DNA of 64,000 nucleotides from Candidatus Melainabacteria bacterium (GTDB lineage Bacteria; Cyanobacteriota; Vampirovibrionia; Vampirovibrionales; Vampirovibrionaceae): NCBI GenBank assembly GCA_902168245.1, contig CABHPA010000026.1, positions 20,849 to 84,848 of the forward strand, read 5' to 3'. Shown piece by piece: positions 57,463 to 64,000 of this stretch (position 1 is its first letter; each line of letters starts with the position of its first letter). The notes under the pieces were generated by a model. It saw only the letters and a program-made list of their open reading frames with translations, ran no database searches and was not told where the DNA came from. The position numbers and the translations under genes were made by a program.

Positions 57463-59508
57463 CTAGTCTAAAATGCGGCCCTGCAACAATTCCACCGCAT
57501 GCTTCTTGGCTTCGCTTAAATCCACCTCGCTGCCAGGCTCGCCAGCGGACGAGGCGACGGCTGCCAGCGACGGAGCGGCAATCTTGCCGGAAAGGGCGGA
57601 TTCATCCTCGTCATTCAGGTCAAACGGCGGCTCGTCATCATCCTCATCCAGCGGGGGCAAGTCCGGCGGGCCGTCATCCTCCATCATCGCCATGGCCTCC
57701 AGTAACGAGGAACCGCCTGCATTGCCTTGAGCAGACGCAGGTTCTGCCTTGGGCGGTTCCGGTTGGGCAACAGCAACAGGCGCTGGCTGCGGTTGCGGAG
57801 CAGCAGGCTGGCTAGGTATTTGCGCGGCAACCGATTGTACCGCTTGCTGAAGCGGCGGAGCGGCAGGCGCCACCGGGGCAGACCCAGCCGGTTTGTTCTT
57901 GTTCAACACCACATCAATGCGGATGGAGCGGGCAAAGACTTTATCCACCGTACGTTGCAGTTGGGTAAACTTGTCCGGTTTTTTGAGGGTATTCAGATGG
58001 GCTTCCGAGGTGCAGCCAACGGTCAGGAAATCCCCTTCCAGACTCATCGGGAATGTTTGCTGCTGAAGCAGGGAGCGGAACATCAGGCTAGGAATCCCGG
58101 CGCAGACTTGCGCGTAACTGGCTTCCAGCGGAGAGCCGCCGCCTGCGGCGGGCGCGGGCAGTCTGGGGGGAGGCGTCTGAGGTTGGGCCGGGGCTGATAT
58201 TGCTGGAGCCGATGGCGTGGACTGAGGTGTTGTCGATTGCTGCATCGGCTGGGACATCATAGGCTGAGCCGCCGGACGCTGCGACAGAACAGGTGCAGGC
58301 AACGGCGCTTGCCCGGCCAACTGGGCTTCCAGGCGGGCAACCCGCTCCGACAACTCTTTGACCAACTGGATATCCTGGCGGTAGGCCAGCTCGATCAGGC
58401 CCACTTCCAGCCAGAGTTGCGGCTGGCTACTGTTGCGGATGTTGCGCTCCACAAAGGAAAGCCGCCCGATAATCTGGGGCAGTTCCTCCAGTTCCGGGAA
58501 CAGGGCCGATTGTTCGGACAACTGCCGGTAATAATCCGGCGGGAGCGACAGCAAATCGGGGTTGACGTTAGCCCCTGCCGTTTGCGCCAGCAACAGGTTG
58601 CGGAAATGGACGGTTAAATCTTTCAAAAGCTGGATCGGCTCAATGCCCCGGTTCAGCAACTCGTTCAGCTCATTCAGCAGGGTGGCCGCTTCCCGTTTGG
58701 CAATGGCCCCGCTCAACCGAAGCAACAGGTCTTCTTCCAGCGTACCGATGAACATGGCCACATCTTTTCGGCCAACCACCTTATCGGGCTGGGCGCGGCC
58801 CAGCACCGCCACCTGATCCAGCAGGCCCACCGCGTCGCGCAGGCCGCCACGGGAATGGCGGGCAATCATCAGCAGGGCTTCATCATCAATGGAGATAGTC
58901 TCCTGGGTGGCGATGTAACGCAGGCGGCTGACGATGTTCTCGGTGGTAATCCGGTTGAAATCAAAGCGCTGACACCGGCTGATGATGGTGGGCAGCACCT
59001 TGTGCGCCTCGGTGGTGGCGAAAATGAAGATGACGTTGGCCGGAGGTTCCTCCAGCGTTTTGAGCAGGGCGTTAAACGCCTGGGAGGTGAGCATGTGGAC
59101 TTCATCGATGATGTAGACCTTGAAACGCCCGGTCATGGAGCTGTACTGGCAGTTTTCAATCAGCTCGCGAGCATCTCCCACGCCGTTGTTGCTGGCGGCG
59201 TCAAATTCAATCACATCCAGGGCGTTGCCCTGGGTAATGCCCACGCAAGAGGCGCACTGCATACAGGGCGTTACGGTCGGCCCCTGCTCGCAGTTGAGGG
59301 ATTTGGCAAAAATACGCGCGGTGGAAGTCTTTCCGGTGCCCCGTGGCCCGCAGAACAGGTAGGCATGGGCCACCTTGTTGAGGTTGATGGCGTTGCCCAG
59401 CGTTTGGGAAATGGCTTCCTGGCCCACTAGGTCGGCGAACGCCTGGGGCCGGTACTTTCGGTACAGGGGAATGTAGGTCTCGATCCGGGTTTCTCGCGTC
59501 TCAGTCAT
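57463..59508 (-). CDS. dnaX: DNA polymerase III subunits gamma/tau
   Basis: Carries YRKYRPQAFADLVGQE, the GPRGTGKTS Walker A motif, and a zinc module CEQGPTVTPCMQCASC. The long Pro/Ala-rich middle is typical of tau. Confidence 0.85.
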   Translation of the reverse strand: MTETRETRIETYIPLYRKYRPQAFADLVGQEAISQTLGNAINLNKVAHAYLFCGPRGTGKTSTARIFAKSLNCEQGPTVTPCMQCASCVGITQGNALDVIEFDAASNNGVGDARELIENCQYSSMTGRFKVYIIDEVHMLTSQAFNALLKTLEEPPANVIFIFATTEAHKVLPTIISRCQRFDFNRITTENIVSRLRYIATQETISIDDEALLMIARHSRGGLRDAVGLLDQVAVLGRAQPDKVVGRKDVAMFIGTLEEDLLLRLSGAIAKREAATLLNELNELLNRGIEPIQLLKDLTVHFRNLLLAQTAGANVNPDLLSLPPDYYRQLSEQSALFPELEELPQIIGRLSFVERNIRNSSQPQLWLEVGLIELAYRQDIQLVKELSERVARLEAQLAGQAPLPAPVLSQRPAAQPMMSQPMQQSTTPQSTPSAPAISAPAQPQTPPPRLPAPAAGGGSPLEASYAQVCAGIPSLMFRSLLQQQTFPMSLEGDFLTVGCTSEAHLNTLKKPDKFTQLQRTVDKVFARSIRIDVVLNKNKPAGSAPVAPAAPPLQQAVQSVAAQIPSQPAAPQPQPAPVAVAQPEPPKAEPASAQGNAGGSSLLEAMAMMEDDGPPDLPPLDEDDDEPPFDLNDEDESALSGKIAAPSLAAVASSAGEPGSEVDLSEAKKHAVELLQGRILD

Positions 59509-59596
59509 AGTCCACCATCATAGCCCTCCAGGCCCGGCGCTTCAACGGGAGCCTTTAAAACGGGGTTCTCACTTTTTCTTTCTTCAGACATGCAAA

Positions 59597-59670
59597 CGTC
59601 AGGGATACAACGTTTCTGCGCACAGGGCCAGACCACCTGATCGGGCAACCGGACGGGCATCCCCCTGACG
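59597..59670 (-). other. 74-nt imperfect hairpin in the dnaX 5' leader region
   Basis: CGTCAGGGATAC (59597-59608) pairs with GCATCCCCCTGACG (59657-59670). It lies 90-160 nt upstream of the dnaX start on the coding strand. No SRP RNA domain IV motif was recognisable. Confidence 0.3.
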
Positions 59671-59734
59671 ATACCCCTAGTGTACTGAATTTTCCGCTCC
59701 GAATAAAGCGGCAAACCACAGCCCAAACTTGAAA

Positions 59735-60226
59735 TCAGATCAGAAAGCGGGGCGCTTCACGGGCCAGATCGGTCGCGACGGCACGGGGAACATTCATGCC
59801 TACAGAAGGGGGGCAAGTGTTTCGGGCATCCGCCTGCTGCTGTTGTTTGAGCAATAAGCGGTCTTGCACGGCTTGCAGCCACACACGGCCCGCTTGCGTG
59901 GCGGTCGGCAGCATGTCCTGAAAGGCTTCCGCACGATCCATCAGCATATGGCGGCAAGCATGGGCAACCTCGTTGGCGGCGTCCGGGTGCTGGCAGGTAA
60001 AGGAGGAATTATTCGTCCCATTGGCGCATGCGGTATTGGGATAGGCTGGATAACCCGCATTTCCGGGTGGATTATTATCCTGCTGATTCGCAGGTTGCTG
60101 AGGCACGTAAGGCACTTGCGCGTATGGCGTCTGGTTCACGGAGCCTGGACACCGGTACGGGGTATAGGGATTCACCCCAAACGGGGCATAAGACAGGTTG
60201 GGATAGAACATAGTTGAGTGGCTCAA
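59735..60226 (-). CDS. Hypothetical Pro/Tyr/Asn-rich protein
   Basis: 163-aa ORF (TTG at 60226 or ATG at 60211) with no visible SD. The N-terminal half is low-complexity (PYxPY repeats). It lies directly downstream of the tandem hairpin repeats on the minus strand. Its reality is uncertain. Confidence 0.3.
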   Translation of the reverse strand: MSHSTMFYPNLSYAPFGVNPYTPYRCPGSVNQTPYAQVPYVPQQPANQQDNNPPGNAGYPAYPNTACANGTNNSSFTCQHPDAANEVAHACRHMLMDRAEAFQDMLPTATQAGRVWLQAVQDRLLLKQQQQADARNTCPPSVGMNVPRAVATDLAREAPRFLI

Positions 60227-60319
60227 AATGCAGCGTTAGCAACGTTAAAGGAAGGTCTTTCGAGGAATAAAAAGACGTGTCTGCACTAAAACCATGAACC
60301 CCAAAAACGTGCGAAAAAA

Positions 60320-60960
60320 ATAAAACGCCGAATCCCCGTGTAACACGGCGAGACAGCGTTGAAGCGCAATATAAGAAGTCTATTAAATGTTTTCCAGCCT
60401 TGTCCTTGTATATATTTAAAAACAAATTATTTAAAGTCCGGAACAGTTTCTAACAATTTATTAAATCGATTTTTCCAGCAATCAAAAAAGCATTGCATCA
60501 AAAGGCTTTTACCACGCTTGTCGGGCCTTCCAGCCAATTTAATTCCCAATAAAAAAGCCATCTCTTGAAGAAATTGGAGGTCACTCCAAAGAGATGGCGT
60601 TAAGCGCAATATAGAAGTCTATAAATAAGAAAAAGATGCCTGTTTCCAGCTTATGTCCTTGTATATGCATAAAAACAGGCTTGCAAATTTCCGGAACATT
60701 TTTTGAACTTTTATAAACTTTGTTTTTCTCATTTTCACACTCAGTCCAAAACCGCTTCAAACCGTCTGTCCATTCCATTCAATGAAAATTTCCCAAAAGA
60801 AAAACGCCAGTTCTTTTGAAGAAATTGGAGGCTCATTCAAAAGAGTGGCGCAAGACGCAAATTAAGAGGTTCTGAAGAGAGTGTAAGAGGGATAAGGTAA
60901 ACTTGATTAACCCTGCCTATATATACAAAAACAATAAAAATGAATCCATGAACATATCTT
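60320..60960. repeat. About 2.5 degenerate tandem copies of a ~245-nt noncoding unit, each with two hairpins (conserved loops, co-varying stems)
   Basis: The units are roughly 60356-60600, 60598-60852, and a partial copy to about 60960. Blocks conserved between units are GCGCAATATA(A)GAAGTCTAT, TTCCAGC(C)TT(A)TGTCCTTGTATAT, TCCGGAACA and TTGAAGAAATTGGAGG. The first hairpin occurs at 60388-60424 and 60638-60680 (stems TGTTTT/AAAACA versus GCCTGTTT/AAACAGGC). The second hairpin occurs at 60557-60598 and 60805-60850 (stems GCCATCTCTT/AAGAGATGGC versus CGCCAGTTCTTTTG/CAAAAGAGTGGCG). A third related hairpin, CCGTGTAACACGG, lies at 60331-60343. The region is AT-rich, at roughly 35-40% GC. Confidence 0.6.
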
Positions 60961-61060
60961 TAAGATATTTTTACAATCACCATTCCTAACCCGCCAAATC
61001 CCCTCTCATTCCATCGGCAAGCCGTACGTTCCCACCCTCAACAAAGTTTCCCCATACCGC

Positions 61061-61945
61061 CTAATTATCGGAAGGCGGCTCCAGGGAGTCGAACACATTA
61101 CGGTGCGCTAGTTTTACATGCCGCTTGCTGATTTGGGTGTAAATCTGGGTGGTGGAAATGTCGCTATGGCCCAGCAGTTCCTGCACCACACGCAAATCCG
61201 CCCCGTTTTCCAGCAAATGCGTGGCAAAACTGTGCCGAAAGGTATGCGGAGAGACTTCGCGCCCAATCAGCCGCTTCATATCCCGCACCCGTTGCCAGAC
61301 TTTGCGCCGGTTAATCGGCGCCTTCAGCAACCCTTTACCGTCCAGGTCAATCAGCAACGGATCATCCGCTTTCAGCCCGGTTTCCAAAAGATACTTCTTA
61401 ATCACCATCACGGAGACATCGCCCAAGGGGATCAACCGCTCCTTGCCGCCCTTGCCCAGCACCCGTATATAGCCGCCACCAATGTCAATGGCCTTCACCA
61501 ACAGGCCCACCAGTTCGGAGACCCGCAGGCCGCAAGCGTAGAGCAATTCCACAATCACCTTATCCTGCAGGCACAATTCCTCACTGCTCAGCAACCGGCT
61601 CACTTCCGCCACGCTCAGCACCTTGGGCAGGGGTTTTCGGCGCTTGGGCAATTCCAGCAGCGCCATGGGATTTTCTTTCAGGGTGCCCCGTATCTGGAGC
61701 CATTCGTAAAAGCCTTTAATGCTACTGATTTTTCGCAGGATGGAAGTCGTCGCGTTCTGGCGGTTGCGAAGTTCCGCGAGATAACGGTTCACCTCTCGCC
61801 GGGTAATGCTATACAGCTTGACTTTCTGGGTTTCATGAAAGTTCAGGAACTCCAGAATATCCCGCTCGTAAGCCTCCAGCGTATTGGGCGAATAGCCCCG
61901 CTCCTGGGAAAGGTGGTTCAAATATTCAGACAGCATTAAATACAT
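61061..61945 (-). CDS. xerD: XerD/XerC-like tyrosine site-specific recombinase
   Basis: The catalytic motifs are R…HTFRHSFATHLLENGADLRVVQELLGHSDISTTQIYT (RHRH plus Y). The N-terminal SAM-like domain includes YLNHLSQERGYSPNTLEAYERDI. Confidence 0.8.
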   Translation of the reverse strand: MYLMLSEYLNHLSQERGYSPNTLEAYERDILEFLNFHETQKVKLYSITRREVNRYLAELRNRQNATTSILRKISSIKGFYEWLQIRGTLKENPMALLELPKRRKPLPKVLSVAEVSRLLSSEELCLQDKVIVELLYACGLRVSELVGLLVKAIDIGGGYIRVLGKGGKERLIPLGDVSVMVIKKYLLETGLKADDPLLIDLDGKGLLKAPINRRKVWQRVRDMKRLIGREVSPHTFRHSFATHLLENGADLRVVQELLGHSDISTTQIYTQISKRHVKLAHRNVFDSLEPPSDN

Positions 61946-61956
61946 AATCGGGGCGA

Positions 61957-63039
61957 TTATCTCACGCTCGCCGCGCCGCTGACCAGGCGCTTGAAATCTT
62001 CCGGGCGGCTGGTTTTGGACAACGCATCCTCAAACGTGACCAGCCCTTTCTGGTACAACTCTTTCAGGGAGGTTTCCATGGTCTGCATGTTATACTGCGC
62101 GCCGGTCTGGATGGACGAGTAGATTTGCGCAGACTTGCCTTCCCGAATCAGGTTGGCGATCGCGGGGGTAATCACCATAATTTCCAGCGCCATGACTCGG
62201 CCCACTTTTTCCTTCAGCTCATTCACCTTGGGCAGCAACGCCTGGGAAAGCACGGCCACCAGACTGTTAGAAAGCTGAACCCGGATTTGCTGCTGCTGCT
62301 CCGGCGGGAAAACGTCCACAATACGGTCTACGGTCTGCATGGCGCTGGAGGTGTGCAGGGTTCCCATTACCAGGTGGCCCGTTTCGGCGGCGGTCAGCGC
62401 CAGTCGAATGGTTTCCAGATCCCGCATCTCACCCACCAGAATCACGTCCGGGTCTTCACGAAGGGCGGCCCTCAGGGCGTTTTCAAAACTGCGGGTATCC
62501 TGCCCCAGTTCGCGCTGGTGAATAACGCAGCGCTTGGAGGTGTGCAAAAATTCCACCGGGTCTTCAATGGTCAGGATGTGGTGCGGCTTGGTGCTGTTCA
62601 CATGATCGATCATGGCGGCCAGCGTGGTGGATTTACCGGAGCCGGTCGGCCCCGTCACCAGCACCAATCCCTTGGGACGATCGGCGATTTCTTTCACCAC
62701 CGGCGGCAGGTTCAACTGATCGAAGGTGGGGACATCCGCGCGAATGGTACGAAGCGCGGCGGCGTAAGAACCTTTGTCTTTGTACACGTTCACCCGGAAA
62801 CGGCCCAGGCCCGACACGCCGTAAGAGCAATCCAGATCCCAGTTCTGCTCCAGCACCCGGCGTTGTTCGTTGGTCAGCATGCTGAAGATCAACCGCTGGC
62901 AATCTTCCTTGGTTAAAGGCGGCGCCTCGGTACGCACCAGGTTCCCGTCAATCCGCATCACAGGCGGCAGGCCGGGAGAAAGGTGAAGGTCGCTTGCGCC
63001 CCGCTCAAAAACCTGTCCCAGCAATTCTTCTAAAATCAT
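61957..63039 (-). CDS. pilT: Type IV pilus retraction ATPase PilT
   Basis: Carries ASDLHLSPG…, the Walker A motif GPTGSGKSTT, the Asp box, and EDPVEFLH. At 360 aa the length is typical for PilT. Confidence 0.85.
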   Translation of the reverse strand: MILEELLGQVFERGASDLHLSPGLPPVMRIDGNLVRTEAPPLTKEDCQRLIFSMLTNEQRRVLEQNWDLDCSYGVSGLGRFRVNVYKDKGSYAAALRTIRADVPTFDQLNLPPVVKEIADRPKGLVLVTGPTGSGKSTTLAAMIDHVNSTKPHHILTIEDPVEFLHTSKRCVIHQRELGQDTRSFENALRAALREDPDVILVGEMRDLETIRLALTAAETGHLVMGTLHTSSAMQTVDRIVDVFPPEQQQQIRVQLSNSLVAVLSQALLPKVNELKEKVGRVMALEIMVITPAIANLIREGKSAQIYSSIQTGAQYNMQTMETSLKELYQKGLVTFEDALSKTSRPEDFKRLVSGAASVR

Positions 63040-63307
63040 GACCTGACGTTACTCCTCATTTCCAAGGGGATTTTTTCGGATCTATACAACTTTGCCAGCT
63101 CGCCCCAATGGGCAAACGCCTGAATTCGGGCTTTGAAAGCCCCACTGAAAACACTTTCCCAAGGAAGCCCGCCCTGAGTTCCAGGCAACTCCCAATCCCT
63201 TTTATTGTACCGAATTTCCAAGTACTTCCCCGAAGGGCCAATAAAAATAAGAGGCAAGTTCGTCCGTTCGCAGTAATTTATGCCCCAAATTCCGATACAA
63301 TGAGGGC

Positions 63308-64000
63308 ATGAATAACCCGTCCTCCACCCACCCGACTTCCACCCTGGAAAAGACAGCCCGACTGCTGCTGACGGTTACGACCACGCTGCTGGTGCTGATT
63401 GGGGTTGGGACGCTGGTATATTACTTTTATTCCATGACGGCCCTGCTGGGCATGGTGCTGATTATCACCTATATTCTGCTGGGGCCGGTCAACCTGATGG
63501 AAAAAGGCATTATCACGCTGTCCAATGCCTTATCCCGGTTTAACGCCTACGGCAAACTAACCCGCTCCCCGGAGGCCAACCCCCGTATTTTGGCGGTATT
63601 GCTGGTGTATGCGTTCTTTTTCATCACCCTTACGGTGGGAGTGGTTCAGTTTTTGCCCATTTTACGCAGCCAGTTGGGAGAAATGGGTCAAAAATTGGGA
63701 GTGCAGGTCATGGAAGCCTCCGACACGGCGATTGACTGGGCCGACAGCAACATTGGCAAAGGCACGTTCCGCAACCTGTTCGCCAAAGACATTATCCAGG
63801 CGGAACGGCAAGGCGTCATCAAGGCCCATCCCACTCCCGGCAAGCCGGTTACGGAAGAGGAAAAGCAGGTCATTCAGCAAACCGTCATCCAAAACGCCAT
63901 TACGCAATTGGAAAACATGCTCACCTCGGCGGTGCCAAAATTTGTTTCGCTGGTGGGCGGCACCGTCAACGGCTTTATCTATTTCCTGGCGGGCCTGTTA
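63308..64000 (+). CDS. AI-2E (PerM/YhhT)-family transporter, 5' partial (runs off window)
   Basis: An open frame from ATG 63308 to the window end with several TM helices (LLTVTTTLLVLIGVGTLVYYF…). The start assignment is tentative. Confidence 0.5.
   Translation, partial: MNNPSSTHPTSTLEKTARLLLTVTTTLLVLIGVGTLVYYFYSMTALLGMVLIITYILLGPVNLMEKGIITLSNALSRFNAYGKLTRSPEANPRILAVLLVYAFFFITLTVGVVQFLPILRSQLGEMGQKLGVQVMEASDTAIDWADSNIGKGTFRNLFAKDIIQAERQGVIKAHPTPGKPVTEEEKQVIQQTVIQNAITQLENMLTSAVPKFVSLVGGTVNGFIYFLAGLL

Noticed and set aside
59509-59734. SRP RNA (ffs) upstream of dnaX
   Set aside because: A hairpin is present, but the conserved domain IV loop motifs (GNRA tetraloop flanked by AGG…AGCAG) could not be found by eye. 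It is retained only as an unexplained hairpin.
60359-60778. Small ORFs within the tandem-repeat region (60359-60568 plus strand, 60427-60609 and 60581-60778 minus strand)
   Set aside because: The sequence is AT-rich and lacks RBSs. The ORFs are not conserved between repeat copies beyond what nucleotide similarity alone would give.
60320-60960. CRISPR array or integron attC cassette array
   Set aside because: The units are about 245 nt, degenerate at roughly 70% identity, and lack short identical repeats with unique spacers. No convincing attC R''/R' cores were found, and the recombinase lies on the wrong side of the repeats for an integron. No cas genes are nearby.

Overview
This is a 64 kb chromosomal window from a bacterium with about 57% GC. 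Genes are densely packed, Shine-Dalgarno sites are canonical (GGAGG/AAGGAG), and TTG/GTG start codons occur at several of the called genes. The content is mostly housekeeping and cell-envelope genes. Recognisable housekeeping genes include recO, pyrE, rsmG, rplS-rbgA-rnhB, purM-purN, pfkA, a type II NADH dehydrogenase, a class A PBP, dnaX, pilT, a tRNA-His(GUG) and a crcB fluoride channel. An LPS-core/heptose cluster (an RfaE-domain-I heptose kinase, an O-antigen ligase and a GT9 heptosyltransferase), an AMIN-domain protein and lipoproteins suggest a diderm organism. The rplS-rbgA-rnhB gene order is typical of Terrabacteria-like lineages. A MoxR-DUF58-VWA module, two sensor histidine kinases, a CHASE2-GGDEF cyclase and NarL- and TetR-type regulators are also present. 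Four loci stand out:
- A pair of paralogous genes (31994-34140) encodes repeat-rich, Ser/Pro/Gly-rich proteins with a shared C-terminal HExxH(+Glu) putative metallopeptidase domain. They lack signal peptides, sit behind AT-rich promoters, and have a strong terminator between them.
- A low-GC noncoding stretch (60320-60960) lies next to a XerD-like tyrosine recombinase and a Pro/Tyr-rich hypothetical gene. It holds about 2.5 degenerate ~245-nt tandem units. Each unit has two hairpins whose loops are conserved while the stems co-vary.
- A 987-aa STAND/NB-ARC NTPase with C-terminal TPR repeats (6681-9644) is of unknown function.
- A 35-codon hydrophobic micro-ORF (13238-13345) has a near-perfect RBS and its own terminator.
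No CRISPR array, rRNA or clear prophage was seen. All functional calls are based on motifs recognised by eye, not on database searches.
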